Below, piece by piece: positions 6,177-14,476 of a stretch of DNA of 37,079 bases. This DNA comes from a virus. A program made the position numbers and the translations under genes. The notes under the pieces are model-generated. The model was not told the origin of the DNA and did no database searches. It was given only the letters and a program-made list of their open reading frames with translations. Positions within the stretch are counted from its first letter, which is position 1. Each line of letters starts with the position of its first letter. The stretch spans positions 1 to 37,079 of IMG/VR virus record IMGVR_UViG_3300009960_000010; one strand, written 5' to 3'.

Positions 6177-6205
6177 TTGTAATTTAAGCACGATTAAGTT
6201 ATAAT
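6177..6205 (+). promoter_or_regulatory. Promoter P2 (TAAGCACG-spacer family)
   Basis: TTGTAA (6177-6182), 17-nt spacer TTTAAGCACGATTAAGT, TATAAT (6200-6205). The leader AATCACCAGAAAGG (6221-6234) is identical to the P1 leader at 2009-2022. Confidence 0.7.
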
Positions 6206-6242
6206 AGAGATGTATTAAATAATCACCAGAAAGGGGTAATCA

Positions 6243-6707
6243 ATGCCTAAGAAAACCACTAAAAAACGAGAGAAGTCACCAGAGGAGGAAGCGCTGTATA
6301 TTCTGGATAAGCTCTCAAAAGGTTTGGAGGGAGCGATTAACAGAGAACCCGAACTACGAAAAAAAGCTGATGGGTTGGCAGAGGCTATCACAAAAAGTCA
6401 TGGCAAAGACTCTTTCACCTTTAAGAGTATGAAGACCGCTATACGCGTTTTGATGGTCGCAGATGCTATCGAAAAAGAAGAGATTGAGATTAAAGACGTT
6501 ACAGAAATGAAAGCGGTACTTGCCATGACTGCCGAGACTGTGTTTGGTCTGTCCCGACTTGAGGCTATTCTCTTTGCAAGAGAAGTTGGCGAAGATGTTT
6601 TTGAGGCCTACAAAGAAGAGCATGAAAAAGACGACACAGCTGTCTATAAAACTCTGATAGCGCTGTCTGTGTGCCTAGAAAACTTTAAGGAGAGTACGGA
6701 GGACTAA
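6243..6707 (+). CDS. Hypothetical protein
   Basis: 154-aa ORF, first gene after P2, RBS AAAGGGG. Confidence 0.8.
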   Translation: MPKKTTKKREKSPEEEALYILDKLSKGLEGAINREPELRKKADGLAEAITKSHGKDSFTFKSMKTAIRVLMVADAIEKEEIEIKDVTEMKAVLAMTAETVFGLSRLEAILFAREVGEDVFEAYKEEHEKDDTAVYKTLIALSVCLENFKESTED

Positions 6708-7213
6708 TGAAGTACGAACGCAAACCTGAAGAAAAGGAAGACTTCATCAAAGTAAACGGCGAAAACGTCTACACGATGAATGATATCTTGAAAGGTAATC
6801 CTACCTACAGAGAATGCGTCTTGGCTTTCTCCACTCTCGACAACGAAGAAGACTACGACTTTAAGGCTACCGCTTTGTGGGCGGCAAACTCTGTATCGCT
6901 GCTTATTGAAAGACTTGAAGAGGACAAGGATATTAGCAGTTACGTTCTCTTGTACAACACTCTGCTATTCATGCGGTTTGTCTACCAGCGAAACGCAAAA
7001 GATGAAGAGACTTTTGATAAGCCGAACATTCCTTTGATAGCTAAACTAGACATAGCTCTGTCCAAGGAAGTCGAGAAGATGTTCAAGGAGCACAATGCCA
7101 AAAGCTATAAAGAGCTGCTGGAGGAAGAGTCGTCGCGAGATATCGCTGTAATTTTGACGGACGCAATCGTTAGAGTGGTGTCTTCAAACAAAGATGTTGT
7201 TAAGTTCTGTTAA
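6707..7213 (+). CDS. Hypothetical protein
   Basis: 168-aa ORF with a TAATG junction to the upstream gene. Confidence 0.8.
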   Translation: MKYERKPEEKEDFIKVNGENVYTMNDILKGNPTYRECVLAFSTLDNEEDYDFKATALWAANSVSLLIERLEEDKDISSYVLLYNTLLFMRFVYQRNAKDEETFDKPNIPLIAKLDIALSKEVEKMFKEHNAKSYKELLEEESSRDIAVILTDAIVRVVSSNKDVVKFC

Positions 7214-7295
7214 GAATACTGCAAAAACTGCCGTCTTGCAAATGGTCGCACCTTTCACTTTTTTATTAAATAAAATCAGGAGATGCATAGGAAAT

Positions 7296-8285
7296 ATGGC
7301 AAACTTCTCTGGGTTAAACACCCTCTTAGATGAAATTGACAAGACAGTTTCAGACAAAATCGATAGTAAAATATCAAGCGAAATACCAGAGCTGAAAAAG
7401 CTGGTGAAAAACGCCGAGAAATCAATCAAAGAAAATCTGCCGATAAAAGTTGAGTATGACGGCAAGCTACATGACGTTAAAGGTCTACGCCACAAGTCCT
7501 TAGATAATCTGATTGTGATGGCTTCGCAGAAAATACCCGTGCTGTTAGTCGGAATGGCAGGTTCAGGAAAGACACACGCTGCCACTCAAGTCGCTGAGGC
7601 ACTGGGATTAAACCACTACACTATGTCTGTAGGTGCTCAAACGTCCAAATCAGACATAATCGGCTACATGCACGCCTCTGGCGGTTACGTACCGACACTC
7701 TTCCGAAAAGCGTATGAGGAGGGCGGAGTATTCTTGATGGACGAAATCGACGCTGGCAACGCTAACGTTCTTATCCAGGTCAATGCGGCGCTTTCTAACG
7801 GCTTCTGTGCCTTTCCAGACAAAATGGTGGAACAACACAAAGACTTTGTCTTTATCGCCTCTGCTAACACGTTTGGAAACGGCGCTAACCGTATGTATGT
7901 CGGTCGTAACCAGCTTGACGCTGCCACCCTTGACCGCTTTGCCGTCTTAGTCTGGGACATTGATGAGAAGCTGGAAGACAAAATGGCAGAAGCCTACGGA
8001 GACACTGGCAAGAATTGGCTCAAGGTGGTGCGAGAGCTGAGAAAGACTATTGAGAACGACGGTATCCGCGCTTTGGTAACGCCACGTGCCACTACTAAAG
8101 GTTGCTCTTTACTGAATATCGGGCTTGACTTTGAGACTGTTCTAAACGCTGTGATTGTGGAAAACTTGCCGAGCGACAAGAAGTCTCGCTACCGCGACAT
8201 GGCTAAGAAGAAATGGGACGAAACTTCCGAAACTAAGAAAGCACACGAGACAGCCGAGGCAGAAGAAGCTGAGATAATCTGGTAG
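7296..8285 (+). CDS. AAA+ ATPase, AAA_5 / MoxR-CobS-like
   Basis: Track ORF 7194..8285 trimmed to ATG 7296. Walker A VLLVGMAGSGKTH, Walker B VFLMDEIDAG, then IASANT and ATLDRF, matching the MoxR/CobS/NorQ-type AAA_5 pattern. Confidence 0.85.
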   Translation: MANFSGLNTLLDEIDKTVSDKIDSKISSEIPELKKLVKNAEKSIKENLPIKVEYDGKLHDVKGLRHKSLDNLIVMASQKIPVLLVGMAGSGKTHAATQVAEALGLNHYTMSVGAQTSKSDIIGYMHASGGYVPTLFRKAYEEGGVFLMDEIDAGNANVLIQVNAALSNGFCAFPDKMVEQHKDFVFIASANTFGNGANRMYVGRNQLDAATLDRFAVLVWDIDEKLEDKMAEAYGDTGKNWLKVVRELRKTIENDGIRALVTPRATTKGCSLLNIGLDFETVLNAVIVENLPSDKKSRYRDMAKKKWDETSETKKAHETAEAEEAEIIW

Positions 8286-8294
8286 GAGGTCTAG

Positions 8295-9239
8295 ATGGAT
8301 TTGATAGACTATAACACTTTGGAAGATATCGAGCGAGGAGACGGTTACATTTTTGGCAAGGTTTGCGACAAAACCAAGACAAACCTAAGATATCTTGAGA
8401 ATAGAGAGCTTTGCGGAAGATTTGAGGGAGTTGACATATTCTTAAACGCCTTAACAGAGACGAGTTTGAAGACGGGGAAGTACGGCGACAGTTCTCAGAA
8501 CGTAGGCAAAGACGACTTTTATTTCTTTGAGACTTATGATAAAGCGATGGACACTTTCAAAAATAATCCGTCTAAAGTGGCAGACTTCATGCAAAAAGAT
8601 GACAAGATTTTGGGCGGAGATAGTGCTGGTATGAGCGTAAACTATGACGTTATAGGCGACTTCATCGACATGGGAAGATACGTCGAGGGGATACCAGAGA
8701 CTTTTGGAAGCATGTACAACGGAAATCCACGCTCCAAGCGAGTGAACATTCTAATACCTGCGATGATAAGCTGCAGGGTAGACCACGAGCTAATAAACAA
8801 ACGTTCTGAGCGAGTAAAACGATTGGTGGATTGGCTGGAGGCTAACCAGATGCGGTGTGCTGTTACAGTCATGTACACAAACGACAACTCACATTGCGAA
8901 ATAGCCGTTAAGAAGTTTGATGAGGTCTTCAACATAAACGACATAGCAATCGCTACGCACTCTGATTTCTTCAGACGCTGTCAATTCAAATTTCGAGAGA
9001 ACTCACCTACGCTAGACTGGGGGTATGGAAACTCAAAGCAGTTCTGGAGAGAGACAAGGCTTGAGGATATAATCAAACAAGACTATAACAACGAGTTTAA
9101 TGTCGTGATTGGTAGTCATTTGAGACATAAAAAGCAGATAGACAAAGATGTGGACGACCTTGAGAAGAGATTGAGTAAAAGAATATTTGAAGAAGAAAGT
9201 AACGAAACTATGCTAGGTTGCATGCTGGGGAGCGAATAG
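8295..9239 (+). CDS. Hypothetical protein, probable partner of the AAA+ ATPase (CobT/vWA-like position; no MIDAS motif seen)
   Basis: 314-aa ORF, GGAGG RBS, 9 nt after the ATPase stop. No DxSxS motif recognised by eye. Confidence 0.75.
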   Translation: MDLIDYNTLEDIERGDGYIFGKVCDKTKTNLRYLENRELCGRFEGVDIFLNALTETSLKTGKYGDSSQNVGKDDFYFFETYDKAMDTFKNNPSKVADFMQKDDKILGGDSAGMSVNYDVIGDFIDMGRYVEGIPETFGSMYNGNPRSKRVNILIPAMISCRVDHELINKRSERVKRLVDWLEANQMRCAVTVMYTNDNSHCEIAVKKFDEVFNINDIAIATHSDFFRRCQFKFRENSPTLDWGYGNSKQFWRETRLEDIIKQDYNNEFNVVIGSHLRHKKQIDKDVDDLEKRLSKRIFEEESNETMLGCMLGSE

Positions 9240-9524
9240 ATGAAAAGACTGAGAGCTGGAGACCCAAATCGACAAGAAGTGTGGGAAGCGAGCGGTGCGC
9301 TATTCTCTATCGTAGACTTAGAAATACCGCCACACTTTGATGAAATGAAGAGGCACATTACGGCAGAAGAAGCCAAGAGGATTAAAAAGCTGTTTGCAGA
9401 TGTAGCCAAAGAGAGAAAATCAAACATTGAGCTTGCAAGAATAGACGGAGATGTGGAAATCCTGGGCAGGTTCAAAACCTTTAATCAAGCAAGGAGGTTC
9501 ATCAAGGAGGACTATGAAGATTAA
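9240..9524 (+). CDS. Hypothetical protein
   Basis: 94-aa ORF that starts immediately after the upstream stop. Confidence 0.7.
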   Translation: MKRLRAGDPNRQEVWEASGALFSIVDLEIPPHFDEMKRHITAEEAKRIKKLFADVAKERKSNIELARIDGDVEILGRFKTFNQARRFIKEDYED

Positions 9525-9954
9525 CAAGAAAATGACCAGAGGAGAGGTCGTCAAACGACTAGATTCAATCTTCTCTAAATGGGTCAGGCTGCGGGGTGCG
9601 AAAATCACCCCCGACGGCAGAATATTGAACAAATGCTGTACCTGTGGAGTAGTTCAAGACATTACTAAGATGGATGCTGGACACTACATTTCACGGGGAA
9701 AATATGCGACAAGGTGGAGTGAGGATAATGTCCACCCGCAGTGCAAACGCTGTAATATTTTTCTAAAAGGAAACTACACCTCATACGCCTTGTTTATGAT
9801 AAAGAGATATGGGTACTCAAAACTACAAGAGCTTGACCGACGCTCCAAGTCTACGGAGAAAATATACACATATGAGCTTTTAGAAAAGATTGAATACTAC
9901 AAAGCAAAAGTTAAAGGAATAGAGAGAGCGCTTCATGAAAAAGCCAATGACTAA
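9514..9954 (+). CDS. ninG: NinG/Rap-family recombination endonuclease
   Basis: Track ORF 9451..9954 trimmed to ATG 9514 after AAGGAGG. FSKWVRLRG..CCTCG..DAGHYISRG..RWSEDNVHPQCKRCN..LKGNY fits the lambda NinG pattern. Confidence 0.8.
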   Translation: MKINKKMTRGEVVKRLDSIFSKWVRLRGAKITPDGRILNKCCTCGVVQDITKMDAGHYISRGKYATRWSEDNVHPQCKRCNIFLKGNYTSYALFMIKRYGYSKLQELDRRSKSTEKIYTYELLEKIEYYKAKVKGIERALHEKAND

Positions 9955-10342
9955 TTTAGTTGTGTGTTCAAACTACAAGATATTTCGCAGATACTGGGAG
10001 AGTTTCTACAAGGACAATCCACAGTTCAAAAGAGGAACGCCAGAGATTGGCTTTACATGGTTAGACAGTTCAAACCCAGATGTCCTCAGCCGATTTTCGC
10101 TAAATAGGAAAGCAGACCACATACACAGACGAGGTAGAGATGTTAATATCATATTCTTGAAGTGGTATCAGCCAAATGATGATTTAACACAGAATTACAT
10201 TGGAGACGCTTGGCTGTATGTGTGCTCAGAGTGGAAGACGTTTGGTCGTCCAATCGTCTCAGACAAACTATTAAATACAGATGGCATAGATGAGATGTTC
10301 AGCAGCTTCACTATAACAGCCGCAAATAATATGATATTTTGA
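9935..10342 (+). CDS. Hypothetical protein
   Basis: 135-aa ORF with a 20-nt overlap on ninG. Confidence 0.7.
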   Translation: MKKPMTNLVVCSNYKIFRRYWESFYKDNPQFKRGTPEIGFTWLDSSNPDVLSRFSLNRKADHIHRRGRDVNIIFLKWYQPNDDLTQNYIGDAWLYVCSEWKTFGRPIVSDKLLNTDGIDEMFSSFTITAANNMIF

Positions 10343-10349
10343 AAAATAG

Positions 10350-10378
10350 TTGACAACGTAAGCACGATGATATAAACT
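10350..10378 (+). promoter_or_regulatory. Promoter P3 (TAAGCACG-spacer family); candidate start of the modification + late transcription unit
   Basis: TTGACA (10350-10355), 17-nt spacer ACGTAAGCACGATGATA, TAAACT (10373-10378). The ATG at 10385 sits about where transcription would start. Confidence 0.55.
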
Positions 10379-10384
10379 AAGAAT

Positions 10385-10570
10385 ATGAAAACATCATTTA
10401 TATCAAGCCGACCTTGGGTCAGACAACAACAAATCAAACAAAGAAAAGCCCTACAACGTCGTGAGAGGCTGTGTAACAGTCTTTACATCGCAAAATGGGT
10501 ATCAACATGCTTTGCGCTGGTATTCGCTATGTGGGCGTCTGTGTGGCTTTTGTATTTTGCTATGAGCTAG
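10385..10570 (+). CDS. Small protein with basic N-terminus and C-terminal TM helix, possibly leaderless
   Basis: 61-aa ORF with no RBS. Its ATG is 7 nt after the P3 -10 hexamer. The C-terminus VSTCFALVFAMWASVWLLYFAM is hydrophobic. Confidence 0.4.
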   Translation: MKTSFISSRPWVRQQQIKQRKALQRRERLCNSLYIAKWVSTCFALVFAMWASVWLLYFAMS

Positions 10571-10579
10571 AGGAGGGAC

Positions 10580-10882
10580 ATGACAAAAGAAGAGTTTATC
10601 AAGTTTGTGGAAAGCTGGGACTGGACGTTCGCTAAGACTTACGCCAAGAAATCCCCTCACGAATATATCGTCTGCAAGGCAAACCACCCAAGACGGGCAG
10701 AATACGAAAAGGCAGTCCAGTTTATAAGAGACAATGGCGAGCCCGAGCAATACTTCAGAGCAACATTCACAGTCTATAAGGTGAATGGGCACAAATACTG
10801 GACAGGTAATAAACCGATGTCTGCAGAATGGATACTGAACAGGTCGTTAAAGGGAGAGCAGGATAGAACGTATGGCGACTAA
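10580..10882 (+). CDS. Conserved-looking hypothetical protein (WDWTFAKTYAKKSPHEY motif)
   Basis: 100-aa ORF with a strong GAGGAGGG RBS. Confidence 0.8.
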   Translation: MTKEEFIKFVESWDWTFAKTYAKKSPHEYIVCKANHPRRAEYEKAVQFIRDNGEPEQYFRATFTVYKVNGHKYWTGNKPMSAEWILNRSLKGEQDRTYGD

Positions 10883-11663
10883 GGCTTTTGTAATCCCCAC
10901 AGTCCCCAACAGAATACAGGGGTTAAAGAGATTGTTAGAGTCTATCAAAGGCGAGGTAGATGATACGTGGGACATTCTCATAGCTGCTCAGTGCTACTCA
11001 GAGGCTGAGAGAGACGATATGACGCGTTTTATTGAAGAATTGGGGTTGGCGGACAGGACTGTCTTCAAAATCTCTGAGAAACTCTTAGGTTGCTTCGGAG
11101 GACGTAAACTGTGTTATCAATCAGACTATGATGTCTATTGCAACTTAGACGATGACATGATTGTTTTGCCTACCCAAGACTACAACATGATGGCTAAGAT
11201 GGTTTTGAAGTACGATTTTGTAGGTTGTGTTTCTGGGAATTGGGGTCGCACCTTTGAGCTAGCACAAAAAAAGATACCGAAAATGAAATCAGAGTTCATA
11301 AAGCAGAGCATAGTACACACGGCTGGGGGTATGGTTTTTGGCAAGCGTATCCGAGACATCATCATTGACCTGCCAGACAATATCGGCTATGAAGACTCTG
11401 AGATATCTGCTCAGGCTTACGTCAATGGCTATGAAAACTATCGATACCTAGGTTCTTTGATAGTTCACGCTGTCGTAACTAAGGGAGGGTTGAAAGATTG
11501 GAGACACAAACACGACGCGGTAGTGCCTCACCCTGAAATATTCAATTATAAGAGAGCCAAAAAAGACAAGTATGCAACTAAGGGAAACAACCATCACGAG
11601 CCTATAAGCTCTGACCTTACGCCTTTTGCAAGAGCCATGCACCTGAAAAATAAAAAGAGGTAA
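10872..11663 (+). CDS. GT-A fold (family-2-like) glycosyltransferase
   Basis: FVIPTVPNRIQGLKRLLESI at the N-terminus, GGRK..YCNLDDDMIV (DxD-type) and YEDSEIS, matching the GT2 layout. No TM segment. Confidence 0.7.
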   Translation: MATKAFVIPTVPNRIQGLKRLLESIKGEVDDTWDILIAAQCYSEAERDDMTRFIEELGLADRTVFKISEKLLGCFGGRKLCYQSDYDVYCNLDDDMIVLPTQDYNMMAKMVLKYDFVGCVSGNWGRTFELAQKKIPKMKSEFIKQSIVHTAGGMVFGKRIRDIIIDLPDNIGYEDSEISAQAYVNGYENYRYLGSLIVHAVVTKGGLKDWRHKHDAVVPHPEIFNYKRAKKDKYATKGNNHHEPISSDLTPFARAMHLKNKKR

Positions 11664-11668
11664 CCGTA

Positions 11669-12097
11669 GTGGAATACAGAATCAATCATGGTAAGTTAGA
11701 CAGTCAAGCCATAGAGCTTTTGAAAAGCAGTTCGACTGATGGAATGTTAGAGCCGAGAGAAGAATACGACACGTCAGTTTTAGCAGTCGATGAAAGGACA
11801 ATAGGACATATTGCAATCACTGGAGTTTTAGATGAGTTTACAGAAATAGGAGCTCAAGTAGTTCACCCAGAATATCGAGGGCAACGCATTGGTTACACAC
11901 TGCTAGACAAGATTATGGGAGAAGTCGCCACAAAAAGTGTGATACTGTTCAAACCAAATAGGTCGGTAGCACTTGAGAAGAGAGGCTTTGAAGTTGTTTC
12001 TCCTGAAGAGATACCGATGTGGTTCAGCGATTTATGTGATACTTGCAATGGTCTTTGCACTTGTCATACTATATACAAAAAGGACATAGAAAGATGA
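11669..12097 (+). CDS. GNAT-family N-acetyltransferase with a C-terminal Cys cluster
   Basis: GTG start. Motif A VVHPEYRGQRIGYTLLDKI. C-terminal CDTCNGLCTCH. Confidence 0.7.
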   Translation: MEYRINHGKLDSQAIELLKSSSTDGMLEPREEYDTSVLAVDERTIGHIAITGVLDEFTEIGAQVVHPEYRGQRIGYTLLDKIMGEVATKSVILFKPNRSVALEKRGFEVVSPEEIPMWFSDLCDTCNGLCTCHTIYKKDIER

Positions 12098-13224
12098 AGT
12101 ATTATTCAAAAGAAACAGTGTATGAAGCTTCGAAGAGACGTATTCGAGAGCTTTTTGAGGACTTCCCGAATGTCGTAGTAGCGTTTAGCGGCGGCAAGGA
12201 CAGCGTGGTAGTTTACAACCTTGCCTTGGAGGTAGCAGAGGAGATGGGGCGATTGCCTCTCCCAGTGTTGTTTATAGACCAAGAGGCAGAGTGGCAGTCT
12301 ACAATAGACGTGGTAAGAGAAGTGATGTATGACCCGAGAGTGAAGCCGTACTGGATACAAGCACCCTTTAAAATGTTTAATTCTACAGCTGCTCAAGACA
12401 AAGAAAAAGCCTTCCTCCACGCTTGGGATGAGAACGAAAAAGACAAGTGGATACACGAGAAAGACCCTATTTCTATCAAAGAGAATACATACGGAGTGGA
12501 TAGATTTAGCGAAATGTACGACGCTGTTATAGCTAAAGAGTTCGCAGGTCAACGGGTAGCAATGTTAGGCGGAGTTCGCACTGAAGAATCACCGACGCGC
12601 TTTACAGGGTTGACCAATCTTGTAACTTATAAGTGGATTACTTGGGGTAAGAGGCTCAAAGGTAAAGACCAGTATACATTTTATCCAATTTACGATTGGA
12701 GCTATGTTGATGTTTGGAAAGCCATTCACGACAACGGCTGGACTTATTCTAAGCTTTACGATGCGGTGTACCAGTACGGAACTTCAGTCAGAGACATGCG
12801 AGTGTCGAGCCTTGTTCACGTTACCGCGGTGAGGTCGCTATTCTTTTTACAAGAGTTTGAGGCGGATACTTATAACAGAGTAGTAGCGAGGCTCAACGGT
12901 GTAGACACTGCCGCCAAGATGGGCTTTGAAGATTTTTGGGTGAAAGACTTGCCGTTCATGTTCACGAGCTGGAAAGAGTACAGAGATTATTTACTGGATA
13001 AGCTTATTGTCAACAATGACGAACTAAAGAACAAGCTTGCCAGAAAGTTTGCTGAGCATGAGAGGCTTTATGCTGGTATCGTCCCTGACAAAGAACTGTA
13101 TAAGCTTCATGTGAACTCAATAGTGAATAACGATGACGCTTTAACGAAGCTTAAAAACTGGGAGAATAATCCACACCAAGTATTAGCACGTAGACGAATG
13201 AGAGGAGAGAAAGTTTATGACTAA
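12094..13224 (+). CDS. PAPS-reductase-family PP-loop ATP pyrophosphatase with long C-terminal extension (IbrA/DndC-like)
   Basis: Track ORF 12043..13224 trimmed to ATG 12094 (ATGA overlap with the GNAT stop). VVAFSGGKDSVVV PP-loop, LFIDQEAEW, and a roughly 150-aa C-terminal extension. Confidence 0.85.
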   Translation: MKYYSKETVYEASKRRIRELFEDFPNVVVAFSGGKDSVVVYNLALEVAEEMGRLPLPVLFIDQEAEWQSTIDVVREVMYDPRVKPYWIQAPFKMFNSTAAQDKEKAFLHAWDENEKDKWIHEKDPISIKENTYGVDRFSEMYDAVIAKEFAGQRVAMLGGVRTEESPTRFTGLTNLVTYKWITWGKRLKGKDQYTFYPIYDWSYVDVWKAIHDNGWTYSKLYDAVYQYGTSVRDMRVSSLVHVTAVRSLFFLQEFEADTYNRVVARLNGVDTAAKMGFEDFWVKDLPFMFTSWKEYRDYLLDKLIVNNDELKNKLARKFAEHERLYAGIVPDKELYKLHVNSIVNNDDALTKLKNWENNPHQVLARRRMRGEKVYD

Positions 13225-13900
13225 AATAGAACAAAAAGAGAACACCGAGAAACGCCCAATTTACGAGGTAGACAACTCACACCTACCAGAGTTTTGTAGG
13301 CACAACGCTGTAGCTAATGTGAAGTTCATACCAATTGAGCAAGTGCAAGCTAATGACTACAACCCAAACGCTGTGGCACGCAACGAGATGAGGCTTTTGT
13401 ATCTGTCAATCTTCCACGACACATATACAATGCCAGTTGTCTGTATCAAAGATGAGAGCATAGACAAATACGTCATCGTGGACGGTTTTCACCGCTACAC
13501 GACTATGAGGACTAACAAGGATATCTATGAACTAAATAACGGATATCTTCCGTGTGTAGTTTTGGACAAGGATATCAATGAGAGAATGGCGTCTACAGTC
13601 CGACACAACCGAGCGAGAGGTAAGCACTCAGTATCAGGTATGAGTACGATTGTGTTCGACATGCTTCAAAACGGGAAGAGCGACCAAGAAATCTGCCAGG
13701 AGTTGGGACTTGAGGCAGAAGAGTTAGCACGATTGAAACACATCACAGGCTTTAGTAAACTGTTTGAAAACACCGAGTATGGCAAAGCTTGGGAAACAGA
13801 CAAGCAACTAAAGTACAAAAAAGAGTGGAAAGAAAAGGAGAAAAAACAAAATGGAAACGCCCACAGAAACAAACAAGCTCACACAGATGAAGCTGAGTAG
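13217..13900 (+). CDS. ParB N-terminal-domain protein (IbrB-like)
   Basis: IPIEQVQANDYNPN..., VIVDGFHRY and VRHNRARGKH motifs. 8-nt overlap with the upstream gene; GAGGAG RBS. Confidence 0.8.
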   Translation: MTKIEQKENTEKRPIYEVDNSHLPEFCRHNAVANVKFIPIEQVQANDYNPNAVARNEMRLLYLSIFHDTYTMPVVCIKDESIDKYVIVDGFHRYTTMRTNKDIYELNNGYLPCVVLDKDINERMASTVRHNRARGKHSVSGMSTIVFDMLQNGKSDQEICQELGLEAEELARLKHITGFSKLFENTEYGKAWETDKQLKYKKEWKEKEKKQNGNAHRNKQAHTDEAE

Positions 13901-14474
13901 AATCCAACCGTACTGGCGAAACGCGAAAGACAACAATGATGAAGCCGTCCAGAAAGTTATGGAATCTATCGAGACGTATGGATATCAAGTTCCTATCATC
14001 GTGGACAAAGATAACGTCATAATAGCTGGACATACGCGTTTTAAGGCACTTCAGAGGCTCAATAGCGACAAAGACGGTAAATTATACAAGTCGTTCGACA
14101 CAATCGCTGTAATCGTCTCAGAAATGGACAAGAAGAAAGCTAAAGAGTTCCGCGTGGTGGATAATAAGACCAGCGAGTACTCAAACTGGGACATTGACAA
14201 CCTCACCTTAGAATTGAAAGAGTTTATCGACCCGCTAACAGTACAGTCATTCTTCCCTGAAATTAACCTAGAGGCAGGCTTTAAAGATTTAGACTTTGAA
14301 ATCACCGACGAGCAAGTCGAGAAAAAAGAGAAAGAGCTAGAAGAACAGCTCGAGAAGAAATCAGAGGAACGGCAAGACGCCACTCTTGAAATCATGTGTC
14401 CACACTGCCTTGAGACTTTTGAGATGAGCCGCAAAGATATTCTTACCAACCGTCATCTTGAGAAAGGATTTTAA
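13851..14474 (+). CDS. Second ParB-like nuclease-domain protein with acidic coiled region and C-terminal CxxC
   Basis: LSRIQPYWRNAK..., VPIIVDKDNVIIAGHTRFKA, C-terminal CPHC. AAGGAG lies 10 nt before ATG 13851. 50-nt overlap with the upstream gene. Confidence 0.75.
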   Translation: METPTETNKLTQMKLSRIQPYWRNAKDNNDEAVQKVMESIETYGYQVPIIVDKDNVIIAGHTRFKALQRLNSDKDGKLYKSFDTIAVIVSEMDKKKAKEFRVVDNKTSEYSNWDIDNLTLELKEFIDPLTVQSFFPEINLEAGFKDLDFEITDEQVEKKEKELEEQLEKKSEERQDATLEIMCPHCLETFEMSRKDILTNRHLEKGF

Positions 14475-14476
14475 CT

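Noticed and set aside
7184-7585. 133-aa minus-strand ORF at the start of the AAA+ ATPase gene
   Set aside because: It is antisense to the ATPase N-terminus, and every convincing gene in the genome is on the + strand.
10872-11663. Glycosyltransferase as a Gtr-type serotype-conversion enzyme
   Set aside because: Not fully excluded. However, there is no GtrA-like flippase or GtrC-like membrane partner, no TM segment and no lysogeny module, so the DNA/nucleotide-modification reading is preferred.
12106-12552. 148-aa minus-strand ORF in the PAPS-reductase gene; likewise 14051..14449, 15963..16340, 18625..19104, 9116..9475 and 8642..8944
   Set aside because: All are embedded antisense in motif-bearing + strand genes. 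None has an RBS or a recognisable motif.
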